A DNA stretch of 64,000 nt from Candidatus Omnitrophota bacterium (lineage in GTDB: Bacteria; Omnitrophota; Gorgyraeia; Zapsychrales; Fredricksoniimonadaceae): positions 106,338-170,337 of the forward strand of contig CAWHFJ010000009.1 in NCBI GenBank assembly GCA_963828495.1, given 5' to 3'. The notes under the pieces are model-generated. The model was not told the origin of the DNA and ran no database searches. It saw nothing but the letters and a program-made list of their open reading frames with translations. A program made the position numbers and the translations under genes. Shown here piece by piece: positions 54,249-63,276 of this stretch (its first letter is position 1; each line of letters starts with the position of its first letter).

Positions 54249-55154
54249 CTATGTCGCGGCAAAAAACTTGACGAATGTTTTCATGCGCTCATCGACTTCA
54301 CCCATCGAAAGCGACGCTGTCCTGGCCATGCCAAATCCCTGCACATTAAAAGAAGCGACCGTCGTAGCATATAACAACGCCTTGCGCAAACTCTTATCGT
54401 CGACTTTGTTGACACGACTTAAATAGCCCATGAGGCCGCCGGCAAAAGTGTCGCCTGCCCCCGTGGGGTCAACCACCTTTTCAACCGGATAAGCCGGAAA
54501 GGCAAACGTCATTGTATTACTGTAAAATAATACCCCGTGCTCGCCTTTTTTAATGACAATCATCCGCGGCCCCATGGCCCTGAGACGTTTGGCGGCCATG
54601 ATCAAATTATTTTCTTCCGAAAGCTCCCTGGCCTCAGTATCATTGGCCACGAACAAATGCACCATCTTCATCAGGCGGCGTAATGATTTGCGCTTATGGG
54701 TGATCCATAAATTCATGCTGTCTAGCCCGATTAACTGCGGACTTTTCAGGTGCTTTAAAAGCTGCACCTGCAAATCCGGATCGAAGTTGGCCAGAAAAAT
54801 ATTAGGTAAACGTTTTTGATGCTCCGCCAATTGGGGCGTATACCCCTCTAAAACCCCCAATTGGGTCGCCAGGGTCAAGGCGTTATTTAAATCCCCTTTT
54901 TTATACTCCCCCCTCCATCGGAAAGTTTTGCCACAATTGACTTTGAGCGACGAGAGGTCAATACCCTTGCGCTTTAAAAAATCCACATGCTTATGCGGAA
55001 AATCCTTCCCCACCACCGCCACCATATGCACATCCGTAAAAAGACGGGCCGACATGGCAAAATGCGCGGCGGAACCGCCCAACATGTCCTTTTTAACGCC
55101 TGAGGGGGTTTTGACATGATCCAAAGCAACGGTTCCTAAAACGACCAGACTCAT
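54249..55154 (-). CDS. PfkB-family carbohydrate kinase
   Basis: GAGDTFAGG motif near the C-terminus. Start set at ATG 55154 (MSLVVLGTVALD) with an AGGAG RBS. The longer ORF-track N-terminus reads through hairpin repeats. Confidence 0.85.
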   Translation of the reverse strand: MSLVVLGTVALDHVKTPSGVKKDMLGGSAAHFAMSARLFTDVHMVAVVGKDFPHKHVDFLKRKGIDLSSLKVNCGKTFRWRGEYKKGDLNNALTLATQLGVLEGYTPQLAEHQKRLPNIFLANFDPDLQVQLLKHLKSPQLIGLDSMNLWITHKRKSLRRLMKMVHLFVANDTEARELSEENNLIMAAKRLRAMGPRMIVIKKGEHGVLFYSNTMTFAFPAYPVEKVVDPTGAGDTFAGGLMGYLSRVNKVDDKSLRKALLYATTVASFNVQGFGMARTASLSMGEVDERMKTFVKFFAAT

Positions 55155-55170
55155 AATAATTCTCCTATGC

Positions 55171-55215
55171 GGGAGGACACAAGGTCCGCTATACGGGCGG
55201 ACACAAGGTCCGCCC
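55171..55215 (-). repeat. tandem pair of GC-rich hairpins between yjbQ-like gene and pfkB
   Basis: The direct repeat GGACACAAGGTCCGC occurs twice. The second unit forms the perfect hairpin GGGCGGAC-ACAAG-GTCCGCCC (55195..55215). No U-tract. Confidence 0.5.
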
Positions 55216-55218
55216 CTA

Positions 55219-55641
55219 CTACTCCCCAATGATCTTAACTAATACCCGCTTATCCCGACGGCCGTCAAACTCTCCGTAAAAAATCTGCTCCCAAGGCCCA
55301 AAATCCAGTTTGCCCCCGGTTATGGCCACCACCACCTGGCGGCCCATCACCTGCCTCTTTAAATGCGCATCCGCATTGTCCTCACCGGTATCGTTATGCC
55401 TGTAGCTCGCGGTGGGCTCATGGGGCGCTAATTTTTCGAGCCAGCTATCATAATCATGCAAAAGCCCGCTTTCATCATCGTTAATATACACACTGGCGGT
55501 GATATGCATGGCATTCACCAAACATAGCCCTTCTTGAATGCCGCTTGTATCAACAGCCGCCTGCACCTGGCCGGTGATATTAATATACGCCCGACGGGTT
55601 TTAGTATGAAACCATAATTCTTGACGATAATGTTTCATCAT
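55219..55641 (-). CDS. YjbQ/UPF0047-family protein (secondary thiamine-phosphate synthase type)
   Basis: 140 aa with motifs [14 protein letters not shown] and DNADAHLK, typical of the family. Confidence 0.85.
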   Translation of the reverse strand: MMKHYRQELWFHTKTRRAYINITGQVQAAVDTSGIQEGLCLVNAMHITASVYINDDESGLLHDYDSWLEKLAPHEPTASYRHNDTGEDNADAHLKRQVMGRQVVVAITGGKLDFGPWEQIFYGEFDGRRDKRVLVKIIGE

Positions 55642-55653
55642 CTTTACAGGGAT

Positions 55654-56073
55654 TCACTTGAGAGACTTTGAAAGGCGCTTTTTCTTTTTTTCCAGCTGTT
55701 TGATGTATTGCTGAAAATGCTCATCTTTAAGTAAATTATCCAAATCCGTATCACCCTTTAAATACTCAAAATCGTCCCACCCAAACTCAATGGCCCGGGT
55801 CAATGCTCCCAACGCCGCACGGGTTTGTTTAAGCAAAGCATACGAACAGGCCAGATTATAAAACACCAGCGGATCCTCAGGTCTCAGGCGTGAAAGTTTT
55901 AAATCTACCTCCAAACCTTTTTGCCATAGCCCTGCTTTGGTGTATAAATCCCCAAGGACACTCAGGGCTTCAATAAACATCGGTGTATCCTTGAGAATGC
56001 TCTCATAAAAAGCGATTTCGAAGTCCGCGTCTTGTTTTTTACGGGTATTTTGGGGGGCCTGCTCTTTGGGCAT
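55654..56073 (-). CDS. TPR repeat protein
   Basis: Three TPR-like helix pairs and a Lys-rich C-terminus. Confidence 0.75.
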   Translation of the reverse strand: MPKEQAPQNTRKKQDADFEIAFYESILKDTPMFIEALSVLGDLYTKAGLWQKGLEVDLKLSRLRPEDPLVFYNLACSYALLKQTRAALGALTRAIEFGWDDFEYLKGDTDLDNLLKDEHFQQYIKQLEKKKKRLSKSLK

Positions 56074-56099
56074 AAATAATCCTCGTTAGAAAATCAACC

Positions 56100-57251
56100 T
56101 CACTTTTTCTTTAAATATTGTTCCATACGAAGCACCGCTTCTTTAAGGTTGTCAAAACTGGACGCATAGGAAATTCTCACATGGTCACGACAGCATTGGC
56201 CGAAAGCCACTCCCGGCACCACAGCCACCTTTTTTTGACGCAATAAATTCCTGGCGAAATCCACAGAACTTTCCCCGGTGGATTTAACCGAGGGGAACAC
56301 ATAGAAAGCCCCTTGCGGCATGTGGCACTTGAGGCCTATATCATTTAAAGCTCGGACGATAAACCGGCGGCGGCGATCATACTCTTTTTTCATGGCTTGC
56401 ACGTCCGGTAACGGGTTTTTTAAAGCCTCCAGGGCCGCCATCTGTCCGGTAATCGGCGCGCATAACATGGTGTATTGATGGATTTTAGTCATCGCGCCTA
56501 CTATGTCCGCGGGGCCGCACACATAGCCGATGCGAAAACCTGTCATAGCATACGCTTTGGAAAAACCATTAAGATAAATCACCCGATCTTGCATCCCCTT
56601 TAAGACCGCTATCGGCGTATGGTCAAAATCATACGTCAGCTCATCGTAAATCTCGTCGCTGATAACCAGCATATCATGTTTTTTGATGACGCGGCTCAGA
56701 GCTTCCAGTTCTTTTCTGGAATACGAGGCCCCTGTCGGGTTGGCCGGGTAATTGAGCAAAATCCCACGCACGCCCTGGGTAAACGCTTCATCAATTTGCT
56801 GTGGGGTCACCTTAAAACCATCTTGGAGACGGGTCTTTATATACACCACCTGGCCCCCCGCTAACTCGACCGTGGGACCATACGCCACATAATACGGTTC
56901 AGGTATCAAAATTTTATCGCCGGGGTTAAGGATAGCCCTCATCGCTAAATCCAAAGCTTCGCTGACGCCGACGGTAATGAGGATCTCTTCTTGGGGGTCA
57001 TAGACGAGATCGTATCTTTTTTTTAAAAAAGCGGCAATCGCGCGGCGTAACTGGTCTGTCCCTTTATTGGAAGTATAGGAAGTAAACCCGTCTTCCAGCG
57101 ATTTGATGGCCTGCTCGCGAATATGCCATGGCGTGACAAAATCCGGCTCTCCGACCCCTAAAGAGATGACGTCTTTCATGCCCAACACTAAATCAAAAAA
57201 GGCCCTGATGCCGGAGGGCGCTAATGCATCGACACGTTTAGAAATTCTCAT
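56100..57251 (-). CDS. class I/II pyridoxal-phosphate aminotransferase (aspartate aminotransferase-like)
   Basis: PLP-lysine motif NGFSKAYAMTGFRIGY. Length 383 aa. Confidence 0.9.
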   Translation of the reverse strand: MRISKRVDALAPSGIRAFFDLVLGMKDVISLGVGEPDFVTPWHIREQAIKSLEDGFTSYTSNKGTDQLRRAIAAFLKKRYDLVYDPQEEILITVGVSEALDLAMRAILNPGDKILIPEPYYVAYGPTVELAGGQVVYIKTRLQDGFKVTPQQIDEAFTQGVRGILLNYPANPTGASYSRKELEALSRVIKKHDMLVISDEIYDELTYDFDHTPIAVLKGMQDRVIYLNGFSKAYAMTGFRIGYVCGPADIVGAMTKIHQYTMLCAPITGQMAALEALKNPLPDVQAMKKEYDRRRRFIVRALNDIGLKCHMPQGAFYVFPSVKSTGESSVDFARNLLRQKKVAVVPGVAFGQCCRDHVRISYASSFDNLKEAVLRMEQYLKKK

Positions 57252-57260
57252 GATAAGCTT

Positions 57261-57545
57261 TCAATAAGAAATATTCTGCCTGCGCTCACTTTTAGAATAC
57301 TTAAAGACCTGCCCCTCTTCCTTGTATTTACGCAGTAAAAAATGGGTAGCTGTCTGGCGCACATTAGCCATGGATGAAAGCTTGGCGGCAACGAAATCCG
57401 CCACCGTTTGTATGCTTTCCCCCTCGACAATGACCAGCAAATCATATCCCCCTGAAAGTAAATAACAGCTTTTCACCTGAGGGTAGGTATAAATCCGCTC
57501 GGCGATGTTGTCAAAACCAAGGTCTTTCTGCGGAGTGATCGACAC
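57261..57545 (-). CDS. stand-alone Lrp/AsnC ligand-binding (RAM) domain protein; true start probably ATG 57600 in another frame
   Basis: YLLSGGYDLLVIVEGESIQTVADFV is a typical AsnC-type RAM domain. A GGAG RBS plus ATG lie at 57600, one frame off. Confidence 0.75.
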   Translation of the reverse strand: MSITPQKDLGFDNIAERIYTYPQVKSCYLLSGGYDLLVIVEGESIQTVADFVAAKLSSMANVRQTATHFLLRKYKEEGQVFKYSKSERRQNISY

Positions 57546-57620
57546 CTCAATCAGAGCGCGTACCGCTGTTTTAGGATTAATCTTGGGCTTCTTTCACCAT
57601 AAAACATCTCCTTCCATTTC

Positions 57621-58616
57621 TTACGTTTTATTTTGACCTTGCATAAAATTGACCCGGCGTTCCAATTTGGCCACCTGATCTTTTAAAATATCAACGTCTT
57701 CACGCAATATTTTGATCTTCTCGCGCAGTTGATTATTACGGGCATCCTTCTGCACCATTTCGTGGATCAGCTTCTTTTTTTCAACTGCCCAGGATGAAGT
57801 CAACCCCGAAGAATATCTCAATTGATCCAGGCGCATTTCATAGGCTCTGATAGCAGCCTCCAACTGGTCCTTGCGCTTTTTAAGTTCATCATACTTGAGC
57901 TGCTGGCTTGTGCCCAAAGTTCCCTCTGGGGATTTCTTTGACTTTTGCTCCTGCAAATCCTTTAACTGCAACTGGAGCTGTTTGTTGGCCTCTTCAATGG
58001 CATGCACATCCAGATTTTGTGACGGCCCGCCGGACTTCAGCGAGCTTAATTGATCCTCCAGAATCACTTCCTGTTTCTTTTCTTCTTCAAGCTGACGGCG
58101 CAAATCCGTCAACTGCCCATCAGGTGCCCCGACGGCTTCAGGCGCCGGGGTTTCCTTTTTTTGGTCCTGCTGATGGCGTTGGATGTCTGCCGCCTTACGC
58201 CTCTGGGATTGGATTTCCCGGCCTAAATCCAACTGCTTTTTTTGTAAATTCTCCAAGCGCTCCTGGAATTCTCTGGCCTGCTGCCTTTTCGTTTTAACGG
58301 TTTGCTGCAAGTCGTCTAACCGCACCTGCTGGTCTGTACGGCCATGCCGTTGGTTCAACAAAAGGCGTATGGCTTCATTTTTATCCTGCTGGTCCTTAAG
58401 GGTTTTCTTTAAGTCTTGCCCCTGCTCTATTAACTTGCGGTATTCCGCCCGTATCTGGTTATTTTTAATCAACAGGGTCTGCGCTTTTGCCTTAATCACA
58501 TCCAACGTCAACTGCCATTGCTCCGGCATGGATGAAGGCTCTGAGGCAACCTGAGCCCTGGCATCAGCAGAGTACCCTAAAAGGCCGAGTATCATAATAA
58601 TTTTTAGAAAACTCAT
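57621..58616 (-). CDS. secreted coiled-coil protein, hypothetical
   Basis: Signal peptide MSFLKIIMILGLLGYSADARA followed by Gln/Lys/Glu-rich heptad sequence. Confidence 0.6.
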   Translation of the reverse strand: MSFLKIIMILGLLGYSADARAQVASEPSSMPEQWQLTLDVIKAKAQTLLIKNNQIRAEYRKLIEQGQDLKKTLKDQQDKNEAIRLLLNQRHGRTDQQVRLDDLQQTVKTKRQQAREFQERLENLQKKQLDLGREIQSQRRKAADIQRHQQDQKKETPAPEAVGAPDGQLTDLRRQLEEEKKQEVILEDQLSSLKSGGPSQNLDVHAIEEANKQLQLQLKDLQEQKSKKSPEGTLGTSQQLKYDELKKRKDQLEAAIRAYEMRLDQLRYSSGLTSSWAVEKKKLIHEMVQKDARNNQLREKIKILREDVDILKDQVAKLERRVNFMQGQNKT

Positions 58617-58634
58617 GGGAACAATTATAGCGGG

Positions 58635-60074
58635 TTATTGACGATGGGGCAAGAGAGTAAATAAATTCGATCGGGCTAACCTCAAGGCCTCCTCTTTAGT
58701 TTTAATCTTTCCCAACGCCGCGGCTTCCTCAACGCTTAAAAGGATCTTCCCAAACAACGGTGAGGGTTTTAATTTTAAAACTTTGATCAAATCATGTCCC
58801 GTTAAGAGCCGCTCTCGGTGCGGCTCGTCTTTGATCTTAAAATAGCGGTCGATAAGCATATGACAAATTTTAGCATGATGCTTGTGCTTGGAGGCCGTGG
58901 TCAAAATGCCACAGGTCGCCGCTTGATCTGCCAAACTCAAAACCGCGAGGCCCGGGGCTTGGTCTTTCGTGTCACGCAAATACCGGAATATCGCTTTTTC
59001 GCTGGGGCGCTTAAAATTGGACAGATAGCCCGGTCTTAAATGCATCCGCACCGCGTCTTCTAAAAAAAACCGCTCTTTAACGGATAATTTCAAATGTTTG
59101 GCCACCAAACGGGTGATGCGCTCTGAGGCATGCTCATGGCCGTGAAAAATCATCCGCGAGGCTTCTTGACGACGAGTTTCGGGCTTGCCTATGTCGTGCA
59201 ATAAAGCCGCCATTTTCAAAAGGGCAGCGCGTGTGTGCCCCCCGCCTACAGCCTCCTGCAGGTAAGCTTTCATGCGCTCGTTGTCATTCATTTGGACGAG
59301 ATTCTCTAACTGTCTAACCGTCTCCAAAGAATGATGCCACACGTCCAGATGATGATAGCCGCCTTGGGATATCCCCACCATCACTGATAGCTGCGGCAGA
59401 ACATAAAATAACAGGCCGATTTTATCCATCTCGGATAATATTGTATACGCACGGGGAGAACCCAGGATTTTAAAAATCTCATCGCGTATTCTTTCCATGG
59501 CCACACTCGGTATCAAATGCGCGTCTTTTTTGATTTGGGCCATGGTCTTGCCTTCAATCGTAAAGCCCAGCGTGGCGCGTAAAGTAAACGCGCGCAAAAG
59601 TCTCAACGGATCATCCTTAAAAACGCCCCCGTAGACCATCCGCACGCGGCGGGCTTTTAAATCCCGCCGGGCGCCTTGAATTTCGAGGAGGACGCCCCTG
59701 GCCCCAAGTTGAGTGATATCCACGGCGAGCGTATTGATGGTGAAATCCCGCAGGCTCAAATCCTTTTTGATGGTCCCGGCGCGCCAATCGGTCAAATCAA
59801 AAGTCCAAACCTCCCCTTGCATTTTTTTGACCACCCGGGCGCTATTATGCTCTCGGTCAAGTACGACAAATGTGCCTTTGATAGACCGGGCCAGATGGCG
59901 CGCCAGCACCATCGCTCCCCGGTCAACGGCAAAATCAAAATCACGACACGCGCGATTCAGATAATAATCGCGCAGAGCGCCGCCGACTAAAAACACCCGG
60001 CAACGGCGGTTTTTGAACGCCTCTTTGATGGGGGACAATTGAGGATAATACTCCACTATCTCTTGTGTGATCAC
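58635..60074 (-). CDS. cca: tRNA nucleotidyltransferase (CCA-adding enzyme / poly(A) polymerase family) with HD domain
   Basis: Pol-beta head motif VGGALRDYYL..RDFDF and HD motif LLHDIGKP. Confidence 0.85.
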   Translation of the reverse strand: MITQEIVEYYPQLSPIKEAFKNRRCRVFLVGGALRDYYLNRACRDFDFAVDRGAMVLARHLARSIKGTFVVLDREHNSARVVKKMQGEVWTFDLTDWRAGTIKKDLSLRDFTINTLAVDITQLGARGVLLEIQGARRDLKARRVRMVYGGVFKDDPLRLLRAFTLRATLGFTIEGKTMAQIKKDAHLIPSVAMERIRDEIFKILGSPRAYTILSEMDKIGLLFYVLPQLSVMVGISQGGYHHLDVWHHSLETVRQLENLVQMNDNERMKAYLQEAVGGGHTRAALLKMAALLHDIGKPETRRQEASRMIFHGHEHASERITRLVAKHLKLSVKERFFLEDAVRMHLRPGYLSNFKRPSEKAIFRYLRDTKDQAPGLAVLSLADQAATCGILTTASKHKHHAKICHMLIDRYFKIKDEPHRERLLTGHDLIKVLKLKPSPLFGKILLSVEEAAALGKIKTKEEALRLARSNLFTLLPHRQ

Positions 60075-60475
60075 GGTTGAGCCAGGGATGATTTTTGGAA
60101 GACATCATCCGCCACAAAAATCGGCGCTTTGAGGCGCACCGCCATGGCGATGCTGTCGGAAGGACGGGCATCAATGGTCTTGATAGCTCCGTCCTTGGAT
60201 TTGATTTCGAGCTTAGCATAAAAAGTATTGTTAACGAGCTTGTCGATAACGACGCGCGAAAGACTCGCCTCCAACACTTCCATCACGTTGACTAAAAGGT
60301 CATGCGTCATGGGGCGCGGCACATCTACCCCGGAGATCTTGATCTTGATGCTGGAGGCCTCCATAAAACCGATGACAATAGGAATTTGGCGATCCCCCTC
60401 TTTTTCCTTAAGAACGATCACCTGATCCTGACGTTTTTCATCAATGATAATTCTGGACAATTCGACCTGGACCAT
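60071..60475 (-). CDS. bifunctional nuclease (BFN/DUF151) domain protein
   Basis: Motifs IPIVIG..EA, RPMTHDL and IDARPSDSIAMAVR are typical of the family. Confidence 0.85.
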   Translation of the reverse strand: MVQVELSRIIIDEKRQDQVIVLKEKEGDRQIPIVIGFMEASSIKIKISGVDVPRPMTHDLLVNVMEVLEASLSRVVIDKLVNNTFYAKLEIKSKDGAIKTIDARPSDSIAMAVRLKAPIFVADDVFQKSSLAQP

Positions 60476-60485
60476 ATATTCAACC

Positions 60486-62186
60486 TTATAACTGGGTATA
60501 AATCGGAAATTGCTGCGCTAAATGCTCTACATCCCGACGGATTTTATCTAATTCCGCTTCATCATCACGGTTTTGCACGGCGCGGTCAATCAAATCCGCG
60601 ATATGAGACATCTCGGGCTCTTTCATGCCGCGGGTCGTTACCGCCGGGGTGCCGATACGAATACCGCTGGCAACCGTCGGCGGTGCGGGGTCAAAAGGCA
60701 CCAAATTCTTATTGACCGTAATCTGTACGCGATCCAATAACCCTGCCGCCTCTTTACCTGTAATGCTTTTCGGACGTAAATCCACCATGAACAGATGATT
60801 GTCCGTGCCTCCGGCAACAATCCGAAAACCCTTAGCACTCAGGGCTGCGGCAAACGCTTGGGCATTGGCCAGTACCTGTTGCTGATATTGCTTGAACTGC
60901 GGCGCTAAGGCTTCTTTAAAAGCCACGGCTTTGGCCGCGATAATATGCATCAAAGGCCCGCCCTGAATACCCGGAAAAATAGCACTGTCAATTTTCTTGG
61001 CAAACTGACTTTGGCATATAATCATGCCTCCCCGAGGCCCCCTTAACGTCTTATGGGTCGTACTCGTCACAAAATGGGCATACGGCACGGGGTTGGGATA
61101 CAAACCCGCCGCAACAAGGCCCGCGAAATGAGCCATATCCACAAATAAATACGCACCGACTTTGTCCGCGATAGCACGGAAACGCGCAAAATCCAAAACT
61201 CTCGAATACGCCGAATAACCGGCCACGATCATCTTGGGCTTATGTTCCATGGCCAGGCGCTCCACTTCATCCATATCAATGATCTCGGTTTTAGCATCGA
61301 CCTTATACGAAACGAAATGATACAAGCGCCCGGAAATATTGAACTTGAGCCCATGGGTCAAATGCCCGCCGCAGGCCAAATCCATCCCCATGACCACATC
61401 CCCGCAATTTAACACCGCCATGTACACCGCCGTGTTGGCCTGTGAACCCGCATGCGGCTGCACGTTGACATGATCCCCCCCAAAAAGCTCTTTGGCGCGC
61501 GCGATGGCCAGACTTTCAACCTCGTCGATAAATTCACAGCCGTTGTACCAGCGTGCGCCGGGATAGCCTTCGGCATATTTATTGGTCAGCACGCTCCCGG
61601 CCGCTTCCAATACCGCGGGGGAAACAATATTTTCAGACGCAATCAATTCAAGGTTGTTTTGCTGACGCTTGAGCTCATGCCGGATCGCCTGATCAATCTG
61701 AGGGTCAACGGTCTTAAGGGACCTCATTGTGAAAACGCCTTCCTCCTTTTCTATATCTTGAATTTGCTCTTTGCGGCGCAAATGCCGTCCGCCTTCAAAC
61801 TCGGTTGACAACCAAACCTTAATAATCTCTCGGGCCGTATGACCATTCACAAATTTGGAACCTAAAACCAACACATTGCTGTCATTGTGCTGACGGGAAA
61901 GAATCGCCGCCTCCGGGGTATACACCAACGCCGCGTACACGCCCAGCACTTTATTAGCAGCAATGGAATGCCCCAGGCCTGTCATACATAAAAGGATCCC
62001 CCGGCTGCCGGGATTGCCTACCACTGCCAGCCCCACATCATGTGAAATTTGCGGATAATCACAGATCTCTCCTTCGACATGCGTGCCCATATCCACAACC
62101 TCGTGACCCCAGTCCGTAAGCCATGCCACCACTTGTCTTTTTAATGGAAAACCACGGTGATCCGCACCAACAAATATTTTCATCAA
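60486..62186 (-). CDS. glyA: single ORF encoding ribose-5-phosphate isomerase B fused to serine hydroxymethyltransferase
   Basis: Residues 1-145 are RpiB/LacAB-like ([13 protein letters not shown] .. FEGGRHLRR). Residues ~154-566 are full-length GlyA ([24 protein letters not shown]). Confidence 0.9.
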   Translation of the reverse strand: MMKIFVGADHRGFPLKRQVVAWLTDWGHEVVDMGTHVEGEICDYPQISHDVGLAVVGNPGSRGILLCMTGLGHSIAANKVLGVYAALVYTPEAAILSRQHNDSNVLVLGSKFVNGHTAREIIKVWLSTEFEGGRHLRRKEQIQDIEKEEGVFTMRSLKTVDPQIDQAIRHELKRQQNNLELIASENIVSPAVLEAAGSVLTNKYAEGYPGARWYNGCEFIDEVESLAIARAKELFGGDHVNVQPHAGSQANTAVYMAVLNCGDVVMGMDLACGGHLTHGLKFNISGRLYHFVSYKVDAKTEIIDMDEVERLAMEHKPKMIVAGYSAYSRVLDFARFRAIADKVGAYLFVDMAHFAGLVAAGLYPNPVPYAHFVTSTTHKTLRGPRGGMIICQSQFAKKIDSAIFPGIQGGPLMHIIAAKAVAFKEALAPQFKQYQQQVLANAQAFAAALSAKGFRIVAGGTDNHLFMVDLRPKSITGKEAAGLLDRVQITVNKNLVPFDPAPPTVASGIRIGTPAVTTRGMKEPEMSHIADLIDRAVQNRDDEAELDKIRRDVEHLAQQFPIYTQL

Positions 62187-63250
62187 ATTAGCTCCACAAT
62201 TTTTTCGATAGCTTCATCAATCGTCAACAAGCACTCCTGATAGGCCTCGTGCGGTTGGCCGATGGGGTCTGGCACATCCAGATCCGCCTCGAAACCGCGA
62301 TGCGTATTAGCAAATTCCTTCAAGAGATATACCCTTTTCTCTACCGACGGCACGCGCTCTAAAATCTGCATACGGTGCGCACGTGTCATGGCAAAAATCA
62401 AATCCGATTTTTTAAGCATAATGGTCCCCAAAGACTGTGCGGTATGCCCCGCGGCATTGATCCCGCGTTGCCTCAAAACAGCAAGGGTGTCCTGACTGGC
62501 CGCGGATTTAAAATACACACTGGTGCCCGCCGAATGGACCTCTACATCTTCACGCGCTGTCAATTTACTTTTAAGCAAATATTCCGCCATTACCGAACGG
62601 CAACTGTTACCCGTGCACACAAATAAAACACACTTCTTGTTGACGGTCCTATCCACATCCGACTGGGTGATGACCCCATCGCGCGTGACGGTAGGGCGCT
62701 CTTGTGTAAAATCCACGATCGTCGAAGAAATCCCAAAATCAACCGCGCCGCCGTCCAAGGCCAAATCAACCGCGCCATCCAAATCTTCCAAAGCTTCCTG
62801 GCAATTGGTGGGAGGTTTTTTGCCTTCCAAATTAGCCGATGGCGCCGCGATCGTGCATCCGCTTTCTTCGACCAAACGCAAAGCCACCGTATGGTCCGGT
62901 ATGCGTATGCCGATAGTTTCGCCTGCATGCAGGGAAGGCACGATCACCGTCAAAGGCCCGGGCCAGTACTTATCAATGAGCTTATATAAATTCGGATGCG
63001 TATAGCTCGAATAATTATCAATGATCTCCCGCTGGGCCACCAAAATGGAAAACAATTTCCCATCCACACGGTGCTTGACCGCGCGCAGCCGGGACATGGC
63101 CTTGGGACAATTGGAATCTGCCGCAATGCCGTAAACAGTTTCCGTCGGGAAAATCACCAAACCGCCCTGGCGCACAATGCGCGCCGCTTCGGCAATTTTT
63201 TCCGGCTCCGGTAAAGCTGAATTGACCTTTAAAACCTTAGTGGCGCCCAT
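62183..63250 (-). CDS. tsaC: threonylcarbamoyl-AMP synthase (TsaC/YwlC, YrdC domain) fused to a low-molecular-weight protein phosphatase domain
   Basis: YrdC-domain motifs ([19 protein letters not shown]). The C-terminus has the CX5R(S) loop VCTGNSCRS and a DPIG Asp loop. Confidence 0.88.
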   Translation of the reverse strand: MGATKVLKVNSALPEPEKIAEAARIVRQGGLVIFPTETVYGIAADSNCPKAMSRLRAVKHRVDGKLFSILVAQREIIDNYSSYTHPNLYKLIDKYWPGPLTVIVPSLHAGETIGIRIPDHTVALRLVEESGCTIAAPSANLEGKKPPTNCQEALEDLDGAVDLALDGGAVDFGISSTIVDFTQERPTVTRDGVITQSDVDRTVNKKCVLFVCTGNSCRSVMAEYLLKSKLTAREDVEVHSAGTSVYFKSAASQDTLAVLRQRGINAAGHTAQSLGTIMLKKSDLIFAMTRAHRMQILERVPSVEKRVYLLKEFANTHRGFEADLDVPDPIGQPHEAYQECLLTIDEAIEKIVELI

Positions 63251-63276
63251 AAAGAAGTTTTATTAGGGACAGCGCC

